Source of the DNA: Bacteroidota bacterium
GTDB lineage: Bacteria; Bacteroidota; Bacteroidia; Flavobacteriales_F; PHOS-HE28
Assembly: GCA_023430325.1 (NCBI GenBank)
Contig: JAEZAU010000233.1
Location: forward strand, 11,613 to 75,612
Reading direction: 5' to 3'
Length of the DNA stretch: 64,000 bases
The position numbers and the translations under genes are program-made. The notes beneath the pieces were generated by a model. It had not been told where the DNA came from. It did no database searches and saw only the letters and a program-made list of their open reading frames with translations. Positions within the stretch are counted from its first letter, which is position 1. The number at the start of each line of letters is the position of its first letter. Positions 1-9,770 of this stretch are shown here, piece by piece.

Positions 1-1399
1 GAGACTCGATCCCCACAGCTACTATATCTCCGCAGCTGAGATCAGGGCAGCCCAGGAACCCTTGGAAGGAAGTTTCGAAGGCATCGGCGTGGAATTCTCT
101 CTTCAACGGGATACCATCGTGGTGATCTCTCCGGTGGAAGGAGGACCCAGTGCAGCGGCAGGCATTCGGGCGGGCGATCGTATACTTTCCGCAGACAGTG
201 TCATGCTTGCGGGAATGAACATCAGTAATGAGGATGTGATGCGGAATCTCCGCGGTCCACAGGGTTCAGAGGTAATGCTGAAGATCCTGCGTACCGGCAG
301 GGAAAGACCCTTTGATGTGAAGATCACCCGTGGCCACATACCCATCCATAGCGTGGCGGTCTCCCTGCTCGGTGAAGATGGAACAGGCTATATAAAGGTG
401 ATCCGCTTCGCGAAGAATACGCATGAGGAATTCATGCAGGCCGCGCGTGCCTTGAAGGATCAGGGAATGAAGAAGCTTGTGCTGGACCTTCGCGGCAATG
501 GTGGTGGCTACCTTACCTCAGCGATCGAAATGGCGGACGAGTTCCTGGAGAACGGCCGGGTGATCGTTTTCACCAAAGGCCGCCATTCACCCCGCCGCGA
601 TGTGACCGCTACTTCCAACGGTGAATTGCATGACATTCCATTGGCCGTATTGATCGATGAAGGAAGTGCAAGCGCAAGCGAGATCATTGCGGGCGCTGTG
701 CAGGACAATGATCGAGGCATCATCGTAGGCCGGCGTTCGTTCGGCAAAGGCTTGGTGCAGGAACATGTGCCGCTACCGGATGAAAGTGCCGTTAGGCTTA
801 CCACCGCTCGATATTACACCCCCAGTGGCCGTTCCATACAAAGACCCTATGGTGAGGGGATCGATTATCTGCAGGACTTCGACAGCCGTTATGAGCACGG
901 TGAAATGGTTTCGATCGATAGCATCCGGTTGGATACCACCCAACGATTCACAACCTTGAAAGGGCGCACGGTCTATGGTGGTGGTGGGATCATGCCGGAC
1001 ATCTTCGTTGGAGCCGATACCACTGAGGCTTCCGAATATTTGAGCGAGATCTTCTTTAGCGGCACCCTGAACCAATTCGCCTTTGACGTGGCCGATCGTG
1101 AAAGGAGCAGATTGATGAACGGATATGGCACCTCCAGTGAATTCGCTCGCAGGTGGTCCGTGAGCAACGAATTGATGAACGATCTTCAGGCGTTCGCCGA
1201 GAAGGCCGGCATCAGGGATCGTCCTGAACAGAGAGAACGTTCACATGATCAACTTTCGCAAAGGCTGAAAGCCAATATTGCCAGGAACATCTGGGGGAAT
1301 ACAGGTTATTACGAGATCATGCTCTCCAGTGACGACATCTACGGGCGCGCACGTGAAGCGTTGAACAACGCCGATCCGACCACGATGAGCAGCAAATGA
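1..1399 (+). CDS. ctpA: C-terminal processing peptidase (S41 family, tail-specific protease); 5'-partial, the reading frame is open to the window edge
   Basis: PDZ-like segment (GIRAGDRILS...), S41 catalytic-region motifs (LVLDLRGNGGGYL; TKGRHS...), frame 2 open from nt 2 with no upstream stop. Confidence 0.8.
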   Translation, partial: RLDPHSYYISAAEIRAAQEPLEGSFEGIGVEFSLQRDTIVVISPVEGGPSAAAGIRAGDRILSADSVMLAGMNISNEDVMRNLRGPQGSEVMLKILRTGRERPFDVKITRGHIPIHSVAVSLLGEDGTGYIKVIRFAKNTHEEFMQAARALKDQGMKKLVLDLRGNGGGYLTSAIEMADEFLENGRVIVFTKGRHSPRRDVTATSNGELHDIPLAVLIDEGSASASEIIAGAVQDNDRGIIVGRRSFGKGLVQEHVPLPDESAVRLTTARYYTPSGRSIQRPYGEGIDYLQDFDSRYEHGEMVSIDSIRLDTTQRFTTLKGRTVYGGGGIMPDIFVGADTTEASEYLSEIFFSGTLNQFAFDVADRERSRLMNGYGTSSEFARRWSVSNELMNDLQAFAEKAGIRDRPEQRERSHDQLSQRLKANIARNIWGNTGYYEIMLSSDDIYGRAREALNNADPTTMSSK

Positions 1400-1421
1400 A
1401 GAGGGGCCTTTCGGCCCCTCT
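1400..1421. terminator. Bidirectional stem-loop (AGAGGGGCC-TTTC-GGCCCCTCT) between convergent ctp and a lipoprotein gene
   Basis: Perfect 9-bp GC-rich inverted repeat immediately after the ctp stop (1397-1399) and before the stop of the minus-strand ORF at 1444. Confidence 0.6.
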
Positions 1422-1443
1422 TCTACTAAGGTCATGACAAAGA

Positions 1444-1692
1444 TCACTGCTGCTCAGGGGCGGTCGTGGTCTCAGTGGTGGTTGTGCTTTCAGTGGTGGT
1501 AGCCTCTCCTTCGATCACGGCACCTTCGGTAGCCTCAGGAACCACTTCAACCTCTACTTCTGGTGCAGCGGTCGTGGTCTCGGTGGTAGTGGTGGTGGTC
1601 TCCGTTTGGGATTCCATGTTCTCAGCATTGTCACTGCTGCAGGCTACGAAAAACGCGGCCATCGTTGCGAGGAGGGCGAACTTCTTGATCAT
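1444..1692 (-). CDS. Small Thr/Glu-rich low-complexity lipoprotein (hypothetical)
   Basis: Signal peptide with lipobox ([13 protein letters not shown]); the rest is a T/E-rich low-complexity tail; the overlapping plus-strand ORF (1466..1714) is V/S low-complexity and less plausible. Confidence 0.45.
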   Translation of the reverse strand: MIKKFALLATMAAFFVACSSDNAENMESQTETTTTTTETTTAAPEVEVEVVPEATEGAVIEGEATTTESTTTTETTTAPEQQ

Positions 1693-1824
1693 AAGGGTTT
1701 TGGTTGTTGGATGAAAGTCGGCCGCAAATGTATACGGTTCGCTTCGATCAAGTCAAACCATCCTCCTGCCATGAAGATTATCTTTGCACCGATCCTTGTT
1801 GAACATCACAAAACCTTGATAAAC

Positions 1825-2433
1825 ATGCCTTTCACCTTACCTGACCTACCCTATGCTCCTGATGCTCTCGAACCCCACATCGATCGGCAGACCATGGAGA
1901 TACACCATGGAAAACATCACAACGCCTATGTTACCAATCTCAACAAGGCATTGGAAGGAAGACCGGAAGCCGACTCTTCGATCGAAGACCTCATGAAAGG
2001 TATGGACATGAACAATGCTGCCGTACGCAACAATGGTGGCGGCCATTATAACCACAGCCTTTTCTGGAAGATCCTTGCACCGAATGCAGGTGGTCAACCT
2101 TCAGGCGATCTTGCTTCGGCCATCGATCGTGAGTTCGGCTCTTTCGACGGGTTCAAGGAGAAGTTCGAACAGGCAGCGACCACGCGTTTCGGAAGTGGAT
2201 GGGCATGGTTATGTGTGCAAGGGGGCGGCAAACTTGAGATCTGCAGTACACCCAACCAGGATAACCCACTAATGCCCAACACTGGCTGTGGCGGCACGCC
2301 GATCCTCGGCCTCGATGTGTGGGAACATGCCTATTATCTGAAATACCAGAACCGCAGGCCCGATTATATCAAGGCCTTCTGGAACGTGGTGAACTGGAAC
2401 GAAGTCTCCCGCCGCTATACGGAAGGAAAATGA
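1825..2433 (+). CDS. sodA: Superoxide dismutase, Mn type (Fe/Mn SOD family)
   Basis: [40 protein letters not shown] motifs; the GG and NQD residues favour Mn-type; start chosen at internal ATG ([10 protein letters not shown]) that matches canonical SOD N-termini. Confidence 0.9.
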   Translation: MPFTLPDLPYAPDALEPHIDRQTMEIHHGKHHNAYVTNLNKALEGRPEADSSIEDLMKGMDMNNAAVRNNGGGHYNHSLFWKILAPNAGGQPSGDLASAIDREFGSFDGFKEKFEQAATTRFGSGWAWLCVQGGGKLEICSTPNQDNPLMPNTGCGGTPILGLDVWEHAYYLKYQNRRPDYIKAFWNVVNWNEVSRRYTEGK

Positions 2434-2451
2434 TCCTTTCATATTCTTAGG

Positions 2452-2484
2452 AAAAGGGCGCTCCATCGGCGCCCTTTTACTTTT
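2452..2484. terminator. Rho-independent-style terminator after sodA (AAAAGGGCGC-loop-GCGCCCTTTT plus T-run)
   Basis: Perfect 10-bp stem flanked by an A-tract and a T-tract 19 nt after the sodA stop. Confidence 0.7.
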
Positions 2485-2489
2485 GGACC

Positions 2490-2837
2490 ATGCCTCGATG
2501 GATCAGTGCCCTGCTGGTGGTGATGTGGACCATTCAGGCTTCCGCGTCCGGCCCATTCGATCGGAGACCGGTCCAGATCCCTGAGGAAGGCATGGAGCGA
2601 AGTGAAGATCGAAGAACTGTGAGCGCAGCGCTCGCCGTTCTGCTCGGCCCTTTCGGTGCCCACCGGCTTTATTTCGGTACGAATGCGAAAGTGGCAGTGA
2701 TCTACGGTCTCACTTTCGGCGGCTTTGGAGTACTACCCCTGCTCGATCTTGGACATATTCTTTTCACCAGGGATCTGGATCGCTACAAGAACAACGAGCG
2801 CGTGTTCATGTGGAGCGAAGCTCCTACTCCACCGTAA
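2490..2837 (+). CDS. TM2-domain membrane protein
   Basis: LGPFGAHRLYFG motif typical of the TM2 domain; two hydrophobic helices; 3' end overlaps the convergent glmS stop. Confidence 0.6.
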   Translation: MPRWISALLVVMWTIQASASGPFDRRPVQIPEEGMERSEDRRTVSAALAVLLGPFGAHRLYFGTNAKVAVIYGLTFGGFGVLPLLDLGHILFTRDLDRYKNNERVFMWSEAPTPP

Positions 2838-4668
2838 CGCTCTTGGCCAGATTCCTTGGTTGATCAACGTTGCAGCCGCGCATCACAGCAATGTGATAAC
2901 TGATCAACTGGAGCGGGACCACGCTCAACAACGGCACAAGTGCATCGGTGGTGTCAGGTATCTCGATCACGTGATCGGCAAGTCCTTTCACCACCGTATC
3001 ACCTTCGGTCACAATGGCGATGATCTTTCCCTGCCGGGCCTTCACTTCCTGGATGTTGCTCACCACCTTCTCATAGCTGGAGCCTTTCGTAGCGATGACG
3101 AAGACCGGCATGTTCTCATCGATCAATGCGATGGGACCATGTTTCATTTCCGCCGCTGGATATCCTTCCGCGTGTATGTAGCTGATCTCCTTCAATTTCA
3201 ACGCACCTTCCAGAGCGACAGGGAAACTGTATCCACGACCCAGGTACAAGGCATTGGTGGCGTCCTTATAGATGTCTGCGATGTATTTGATCTGTGACTC
3301 GCTCGCAAGCACCTTCTGCACCTTATCCGGTATGCTGTCCAGCTCATTGAGCAGTTGATAGAACCTGCTTCCGGGAATGGTACCCCGCTTATGGCCGATC
3401 ATAAGCGCCATCAGCGTAAGAACGGTGACCTGTGAGGTGAATGCCTTCGTACTGGCCACACCGATCTCAGGCCCCGCGTGCGTATATGAACCGGCATGGG
3501 TAACGCGCGGAATGCTGCTCCCTACAACGTTGCAGATGCCGATGATGGTGGCACCACGACTCTTGGCAAGTTCGATCGCGGCGAGTGTATCTGCTGTTTC
3601 GCCACTCTGGCTGATCGCGATGACGATGTCCTGTTCGCCCACGATCGGGTTGCGATAGCGGAACTCACTGGCATATTCCACTTCCACAGGTATACGGGCG
3701 AACTCCTCGAACAGGTATTCACCCACCATTCCTGCGTGCCAGCTGGTGCCGCAACCGACGATAAGGATCCGCTTTGCGTTCACGAACTTCCGTTCGTAAT
3801 CCTTTACGCCTCCCAGCACCACCTCGCCTTTGGATAGGTCGATCCGCCCGCGCATACTGTCACGAATACTGCGGGGTTGTTCGTGGATCTCTTTGAGCAT
3901 GAAATGCTCGTAGCCACCCTTCTCCAAGGCCTCGAGATGCATCTCCAGTTCCTGGATGAAGGGCGTCTTCTCCTGGTTCTTGATATTGCGGATCTTCAGT
4001 CCCTTATTGCGATCGATGACGGCGATCTCACCATCCTCCAGATACACCACGTTCTTGGTGTGCTCAACGATGGGCGTGGCATCACTGGCCACGAAGAATT
4101 CACCTTCATCACCAATGCCTATGACCAGTGGAGAACTTTTCCGCGCGGCCACCATCACATCGGGATCTTTTCGATCGATGACCACGATAGCGTATGCACC
4201 CACAACGCTATCCAACGCAAGTCTCACGGCCTCCGGAAGATCGGATCCTTCAGCCTGCTGTATATCGTCTATGAGATGGACAAGTACCTCCGTGTCGGTA
4301 TCGCTGCGGAAGATGTGGCCGCGATGTTTCAACTCCTCCTTGATGGCCGCGTAGTTCTCAATGATGCCGTTATGGATCAGTGCCAGATCACCGGTCATTC
4401 CTTGATGAGGATGGGCATTGATGTCGTTCGGCGGCCCGTGCGTGGCCCATCGCGTATGCCCGATGCCAACCGTTCCCTTCAACACAGTGCCATCCACATG
4501 CTCTTCCAGATCACTGACCTTGCCTTTGCATTTGAAGATGCTGAGGTCCCCATCATTGAGCAATGCCACACCGGCACTGTCATAGCCCCGGTATTCCAAA
4601 CGCCGCAACCCATTGATGAGGATCGGGTAGGCATCCTTGGTGCCCATGTATCCAACTATCCCGCACAT
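2824..4668 (-). CDS. glmS: Glutamine--fructose-6-phosphate aminotransferase (glucosamine-6-P synthase)
   Basis: N-terminal MCGIVGY nucleophile, glutaminase domain, two SIS domains, C-terminal ...VTVE; 614 aa. Confidence 0.95.
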   Translation of the reverse strand: MCGIVGYMGTKDAYPILINGLRRLEYRGYDSAGVALLNDGDLSIFKCKGKVSDLEEHVDGTVLKGTVGIGHTRWATHGPPNDINAHPHQGMTGDLALIHNGIIENYAAIKEELKHRGHIFRSDTDTEVLVHLIDDIQQAEGSDLPEAVRLALDSVVGAYAIVVIDRKDPDVMVAARKSSPLVIGIGDEGEFFVASDATPIVEHTKNVVYLEDGEIAVIDRNKGLKIRNIKNQEKTPFIQELEMHLEALEKGGYEHFMLKEIHEQPRSIRDSMRGRIDLSKGEVVLGGVKDYERKFVNAKRILIVGCGTSWHAGMVGEYLFEEFARIPVEVEYASEFRYRNPIVGEQDIVIAISQSGETADTLAAIELAKSRGATIIGICNVVGSSIPRVTHAGSYTHAGPEIGVASTKAFTSQVTVLTLMALMIGHKRGTIPGSRFYQLLNELDSIPDKVQKVLASESQIKYIADIYKDATNALYLGRGYSFPVALEGALKLKEISYIHAEGYPAAEMKHGPIALIDENMPVFVIATKGSSYEKVVSNIQEVKARQGKIIAIVTEGDTVVKGLADHVIEIPDTTDALVPLLSVVPLQLISYHIAVMRGCNVDQPRNLAKSVTVE

Positions 4669-4674
4669 GATAGA

Positions 4675-6003
4675 TCAGTATGTGGTAAAAGTAAGGAGCA
4701 GCCTTGTTCGGGCTCCTTCAGCCGCAGGGCCGGCCAATACCGCACGGTTCGCAGTGACGCCGTTCGATGATGCCACCATTTCAAAACCGTTGTTCGGAAT
4801 GCTGCCATTCAATACCGCCTGTATGTAACGAGTGATGTTGAAATGATATTCCTTTTCGGTGGACAGATAATTTCCATCTATGGTACCCACACCACCCAAC
4901 TGATCGGGCAGGAACGAATCAGCACCGGTCTCGTCTTCCCTGAATAAGAAGATAAGGGCTGGCGGAGGCAGGAGTTCATCCACTTCGCCTTTGATCGGAA
5001 CGATCAATTCGGCCTTTGCCAGAGCCTTTCCAGGTGTAGCGAATTCCAGAAGCTCTGGCATACGCACAGCGATGCGCGATCCGCCCAAAGCTTGCAGGTA
5101 GATAGTGCCGGCCACCGTGGTCGTATCAGCCAGCGCACCCTCCAGACCAGGTACGGTCGCCAGCGAGCGATCGAATTCTGCGACCGTGTACCGCACGCTG
5201 TTCTCGTTGATCAGGAAGTCATAGGTCTTCGGAAGCAGATCGGCATCATGGTAATACAATGTCACTTTGGAGCCGGCATTCAGAAGATCGAAATACAGGA
5301 TCCCTTCTTCCAGCGGAGCTTGTGCCCCATTAGCCGCTTTCACGTAGACGCCTTTGAAGAACTGCAGGAACGAATTGTTATCCACCAGGCCTGACTGCCC
5401 GAATTCTTGAAGGAACCTATCGGCGAGTGAGGAACTAAGCTTGATCCTTAATTGAGGGGCTAGTGAATCACCTCCGATGTGAACATTGGATACGGGATCG
5501 GGAGTGATCAACACGGAACCACCCTCTACCAGGCTTTCCGGAAGTATCGCGGGCACATCATCGGTGCGATAAACGCTATCTACGGTCAACAGATCGGAGA
5601 GTTCATATACTTCGAATCGTTGGTCGCCAAGGCCGCCAAAATGAGTGGCATTCTGATCATAGACCAGGGACAACACGAGACTATCTGCCACCAGGTCTTC
5701 ATTGTTCTGGCCTGCACCCACATTGGCGCTGCTAAGGCGTAATTGCGCGACCAACCCGGCCTTCACGAGACCAAATTCGGGATCCAGGTACGACCCCAAC
5801 AGATTCCGGGTAAGTCCACTGGTACGAATAGCGCTATCCTGGAACGTATAGGCATGCAGAACTGTCTCTTCGCCAGATACTCCTAAAGGATCGCCAGGTA
5901 ATAATCCCAACCCCAGGTCCTCTTCAGGCTTTCGGCATCCTGCCAGCAGGGCGATACCCAGAATGCAGAACACGGCCCACTGGGTGGGCCGTGCCAGATG
6001 CAT
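4675..6003 (-). CDS. DUF4270-family lipoprotein (Bacteroidetes-specific; start could be 6048)
   Basis: Lipoprotein signal (CILGIALLAGC); family recognised from memory as the conserved neighbour of the GlgA-like gene and glmS in Bacteroidetes; 7-nt gap to glmS suggests an operon. Confidence 0.6.
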   Translation of the reverse strand: MHLARPTQWAVFCILGIALLAGCRKPEEDLGLGLLPGDPLGVSGEETVLHAYTFQDSAIRTSGLTRNLLGSYLDPEFGLVKAGLVAQLRLSSANVGAGQNNEDLVADSLVLSLVYDQNATHFGGLGDQRFEVYELSDLLTVDSVYRTDDVPAILPESLVEGGSVLITPDPVSNVHIGGDSLAPQLRIKLSSSLADRFLQEFGQSGLVDNNSFLQFFKGVYVKAANGAQAPLEEGILYFDLLNAGSKVTLYYHDADLLPKTYDFLINENSVRYTVAEFDRSLATVPGLEGALADTTTVAGTIYLQALGGSRIAVRMPELLEFATPGKALAKAELIVPIKGEVDELLPPPALIFLFREDETGADSFLPDQLGGVGTIDGNYLSTEKEYHFNITRYIQAVLNGSIPNNGFEMVASSNGVTANRAVLAGPAAEGARTRLLLTFTTY

Positions 6004-6028
6004 GAATGTTGAAGTTCTCAAGTTCTTC

Positions 6029-6853
6029 TTATACCAGGGCCTCTTCAAGAACGCTGTGATAGAATTCAGCGTGCGCCTTCACGTTCTCACCGATCGGCGT
6101 GTAGCCCAGCGTTGGTTTTTCCACCGCTTTAATGGCACTCTCCAAACCCTTGCTCAGTTTGGCACTTCCGCGAACAACACCATCGCTGAGGCTCATGGCG
6201 AACTTGTTCAACTCATCGGTGTTGGTCTTCGCCAGACCTTTCAAGACCTCGGGTTCGAAGCCTTCCATGGCCAGTTTCTTCGGCAAAGCCTTGTCCAGGT
6301 TCTCACACTTCTGGTCGTAAACGGTATAGACCAGCTTTGAATTCTCGAAGTGCGGATCATCATTGTAATGATGACGCACGTACATTGGAATGAACGCGGT
6401 CATCCAGCCGTGGCAGTGGATGATATCGGGCACCCATCCAAGCTTGCGAACGGTCTCCAACACTCCCCTGCCGAAGAACAGTGCACGCTCATCGTTATCA
6501 GGAAAATATGCTCCATCCGCATCGTGAGTATCCGCCTTGCGCTTGAAATACTCCTCATTGTCGATGAAATAGACCTGCATGCGAGCACTTGGCACACTGG
6601 CCACCTTGATCAAAAGGGCATGATCGGTATCATTGATGATGAGGTTCATACCGCTGAGGCGGATCACCTCATGCAGTTGATGTCGGCGTTCATTGATGCA
6701 ACCGAATTTCGGCATGAACACCCTGATCTCGTTACCGCACTCCATGATGCCTTGCGGCAACTGTCGCGCGACCTTCGCCATTTCCTCAGGACCATCCATG
6801 AAAGGGTGGATCGATTGGGAAATAGTGAGGACCTTCGCGTTCTTCAAGCTCAT
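6029..6853 (-). CDS. Short glycogen-synthase-like protein (GlgA N-terminal GT5-like domain only, Bacteroidetes type)
   Basis: KVLTISQS..., HCHGWMTAFIP..., YFPDNDERALFF motifs resembling starch/glycogen synthase N-terminal half; only about 275 aa. Confidence 0.7.
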   Translation of the reverse strand: MSLKNAKVLTISQSIHPFMDGPEEMAKVARQLPQGIMECGNEIRVFMPKFGCINERRHQLHEVIRLSGMNLIINDTDHALLIKVASVPSARMQVYFIDNEEYFKRKADTHDADGAYFPDNDERALFFGRGVLETVRKLGWVPDIIHCHGWMTAFIPMYVRHHYNDDPHFENSKLVYTVYDQKCENLDKALPKKLAMEGFEPEVLKGLAKTNTDELNKFAMSLSDGVVRGSAKLSKGLESAIKAVEKPTLGYTPIGENVKAHAEFYHSVLEEALV

Positions 6854-6959
6854 ATGTTCTGGGGAAATCGAGTACAAAAGTACGGCATTTTTGCCGGAAC
6901 TTCAACTCCAGCCATTAGCTTCGGCCCCCTTTCGCCCTATCTCAAAAGCCACGCCGATC

Positions 6960-7832
6960 GTGGAATCCATCACTGATCCCAAGGCGATCGCGCAATGGTC
7001 AGCAACCTGCAGGCGCAATAATAATAGCATCGGGCTGGTCCCTACCATGGGGGCATTGCATGCAGGCCACCTGGCACTGATAAAACGCGCCAAGGAGTTG
7101 ACGGACAGGGTAATATGCAGCATTTTCGTCAACCCGCTGCAGTTCAACGATCGCCGAGACCTTGAACATTATCCAAGACGACTTGAGGAGGACATCCGTT
7201 TGCTGCAGGAAGATGGTTGCGATGCGCTGTTCATTCCGGTAGCCGATACACTCTTTGATCGGTTCAAACCGATCGATCATGATCTGGGCGGTCTGGACAG
7301 GAGTTGGGAAGGCGCATCACGACCAGGTCATTTTCAAGGAGTTGTAAATGTGGTGGAACGCCTCTTTTTCTACACCAGACCTGATATGGCCTTCTTTGGG
7401 GAAAAGGACAGGCAGCAACTCACCATCCTTCAGTATGTGACGGAAGCACAACGCTGGCCGGTACGCATCGTTCCATGCCCTACGCACAGAGAAATGAATG
7501 GATTGGCGATGAGCTCCAGGAACTTGCGTTTATCAGCTACAGAACGGGAACAGGCCGGGGTACTCTACCGATCTCTGCGCCTTGCCGAGCAACTGGCTCG
7601 ATCGGTCCCATTAAATACACTGGAAAGTAAAGTAAAGGAACTCGTGGAGGCAGAACCTGGCGTGGAACTGGATCATTTCGGTCTGGCGGATCCCGCCACA
7701 CTAAGGCCCATCGACGATCTGACAGGTATCCATTCCGCCATCGCGTTCATTGCGGCCCGGGTTGGACCCGTAAGACTGATCGATAACGTGGTTTTGAATT
7801 TCAAACCCGTCCATCAACAGGATGCTTCGTAA
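6960..7832 (+). CDS. panC: Pantoate--beta-alanine ligase
   Basis: VPTMGALHAGHLALI and downstream HIGH-type nucleotidyl-transferase motifs; start placed at in-frame GTG 6960 (TTG 6891 is also possible), because upstream ATGs would overlap the divergent GlgA-like gene. Confidence 0.85.
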   Translation: MESITDPKAIAQWSATCRRNNNSIGLVPTMGALHAGHLALIKRAKELTDRVICSIFVNPLQFNDRRDLEHYPRRLEEDIRLLQEDGCDALFIPVADTLFDRFKPIDHDLGGLDRSWEGASRPGHFQGVVNVVERLFFYTRPDMAFFGEKDRQQLTILQYVTEAQRWPVRIVPCPTHREMNGLAMSSRNLRLSATEREQAGVLYRSLRLAEQLARSVPLNTLESKVKELVEAEPGVELDHFGLADPATLRPIDDLTGIHSAIAFIAARVGPVRLIDNVVLNFKPVHQQDAS

Positions 7833-7872
7833 TTTTGCGGCCCTTTTCGGCACCAGCCGTTCTACAGCCTGA

Positions 7873-8226
7873 ATGACCATTGAAGTGCTCCGTGCGAAAC
7901 TGCACCGGGTCAGCATCACCGAGGCCAACCTCGATTACATCGGCAGCATCACGATCGATGAAGATCTCATTGATGCTGTCGGTTTCGTGGAAGGTGAAAA
8001 AGTACAGGTGCTCAACGTGAACAACGGAGAGAGGCTGGAGACCTATGTGATAAAAGGTGAACGCGGATCGCGTAGCATCTGCTTGAACGGCCCTGCGGCA
8101 CACAAGGCACGCGTAGGTGATATCGTGATCGTGGTGGCCTATGCGCGCATGAAGTTGGAAGAAGCCCGCAAGTTCCGCCCCACGATCGTCTTTCCTGACG
8201 AGAAGACCAATCGATTGAAGGCCTGA
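7873..8226 (+). CDS. panD: Aspartate 1-decarboxylase
   Basis: [29 protein letters not shown]... (pyruvoyl-forming Gly-Ser site), 117 aa, directly after panC. Confidence 0.95.
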   Translation: MTIEVLRAKLHRVSITEANLDYIGSITIDEDLIDAVGFVEGEKVQVLNVNNGERLETYVIKGERGSRSICLNGPAAHKARVGDIVIVVAYARMKLEEARKFRPTIVFPDEKTNRLKA

Positions 8227-8229
8227 TCC

Positions 8230-9267
8230 ATGAAAAAAGGCCTGATCGCAGGGCTGAAGGTGTTGGTCCCTTTGGCCTTAGGCATCGGCCTGGTCGTGTA
8301 TTTCTACGATAAGCTTTCCGAAAAGCAACGCGCAGATCTGTTCACGGCTTTCCGCAGTGCGGATCCGATCTGGTTAGTGCTGAGCGTATTCTTCGGTTGG
8401 TGCAGCCATTTGAGCCGTGCCTGGCGCTGGCGCTATCTGATCGGCCACCTTGGCTATCGATCCAGTTTTTGGAATGCATACCATGCTGTGATGTCCGGCT
8501 ATTTCATGAACATGGTGCTACCGCGAGCGGGTGAGGCCTCACGAGCCGTCATGCTCTATCGCGCGGAAGGTGTTCCGTTCGAAAAAGGCTTCGGGACGAT
8601 CTTGGCGGAGCGCGCGGTGGATATGATCATTCTTCTCTCGATCGCTGCCATTACACTCGCACTTCAACTCGAACGGTTGGAACTTTTTAAGGAACGGATT
8701 GATAATTTCCGGTTTCAGGACCAAATAGATCGTTTCAACGGAAATGTCGAGGAGTCAAATAGTTGGGGAATCATCATCACTTCGATCGTCATCTTACTTG
8801 TTTTAATCGGACTTTGGTTCATCATCACCAGGCCCGCGATACGGCTCAAGCTTCGATCCGCAGCCCGCGGCTTTCTCGATGGTCTTCGATCGGTGATCCG
8901 TACAGAACAGAAAGGCTTGTTCATTCTGCATACGGTCTTGATCTGGGGTCTGTACGTGACCATGTTCTGGGTGGGCTTCTTTGCTCTTCCATCTACGGCG
9001 GCGGTACCTTTCTCAGGAGTGATGGCCGGCTTCATCGCCGGATCGGTCGGCATCGTACTCGTCCAGGGCGGCATCGGTGCCTACCCGGCTTTCGTAGCAT
9101 TGATCGTGAGCGTTTACATGGGCGCTCCGGAAGGAGGAGGTATCATTCATCCTGATGCGCTGGCCATGGGCTGGCTTCTCTGGGCGGCCCAAACACTGAT
9201 GATCATCGTGCTTGGTGGCATATCGCTACTTTTGATCTCCCGAAAGAAGACGCCCGCCATCGCATGA
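8230..9267 (+). CDS. Lysylphosphatidylglycerol-synthase-TM-region-like (flippase-like) membrane protein
   Basis: Polytopic membrane protein; N-terminal pattern ([18 protein letters not shown]...W..R....L) resembles the LPG_synthase_TM/UPF0104 family. Confidence 0.5.
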   Translation: MKKGLIAGLKVLVPLALGIGLVVYFYDKLSEKQRADLFTAFRSADPIWLVLSVFFGWCSHLSRAWRWRYLIGHLGYRSSFWNAYHAVMSGYFMNMVLPRAGEASRAVMLYRAEGVPFEKGFGTILAERAVDMIILLSIAAITLALQLERLELFKERIDNFRFQDQIDRFNGNVEESNSWGIIITSIVILLVLIGLWFIITRPAIRLKLRSAARGFLDGLRSVIRTEQKGLFILHTVLIWGLYVTMFWVGFFALPSTAAVPFSGVMAGFIAGSVGIVLVQGGIGAYPAFVALIVSVYMGAPEGGGIIHPDALAMGWLLWAAQTLMIIVLGGISLLLISRKKTPAIA

Positions 9268-9770
9268 ACACGGAACTTTCAGTACCTGCTGTGGATAAGC
9301 GCATCATGGACCTGGTGAACGTTCAGCGCATGGCGAACATCTGGCGCATGAAAGGCGATCGCATCGTCTTCACCAATGGATGTTTCGATATCCTGCATCG
9401 TGGCCACGTGGAATATCTCGAAGAAGCTGCTTCGCTGGGCGATCGCCTTGTGGTCGGCTTGAACAGTGACGAAAGTGTGCGCCGCCAGGGAAAGGGACCA
9501 GACCGGCCTTTGAACGATCAGGACAGTCGTGCGAAGGTGCTCAGTGCATTACGCCATGTGGATGCGGTCGTCATCTTCGAACAGGACACCCCGATCGAAC
9601 TCATTCAGGCACTTGGACCCGATGTGCTTGTAAAAGGCGGTGATTGGAGCGAAGAACGCATCGTGGGCGCCGAATATGTTCGCTCATATGGCGGTGATGT
9701 TCGATCGTTGAAGCTCGTGGAAGGATTCTCCACTACCGCGCTGATCGAGAAGGTGCGCCATGGCGGCTAA
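9264..9770 (+). CDS. Cytidylyltransferase-like adenylyltransferase (RfaE domain II / D-glycero-beta-D-manno-heptose-1-P adenylyltransferase-like)
   Basis: [17 protein letters not shown] (HxGH nucleotidyl-transferase motif), about 168 aa; 4-nt overlap with the upstream gene. Confidence 0.8.
   Translation: MNTELSVPAVDKRIMDLVNVQRMANIWRMKGDRIVFTNGCFDILHRGHVEYLEEAASLGDRLVVGLNSDESVRRQGKGPDRPLNDQDSRAKVLSALRHVDAVVIFEQDTPIELIQALGPDVLVKGGDWSEERIVGAEYVRSYGGDVRSLKLVEGFSTTALIEKVRHGG

Noticed and set aside
1466-1714. Plus-strand 82-aa ORF of poly-Val/Ser composition
   Set aside because: It is the low-complexity antisense shadow of the minus-strand lipoprotein ORF, which has a proper lipobox signal peptide.
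3877-4770. 297-aa and other long ORFs antisense to glmS, polA and the giant cargo genes
   Set aside because: They are antisense to confidently identified housekeeping or repeat genes with strong motif support; GC-rich antisense frames commonly stay open.
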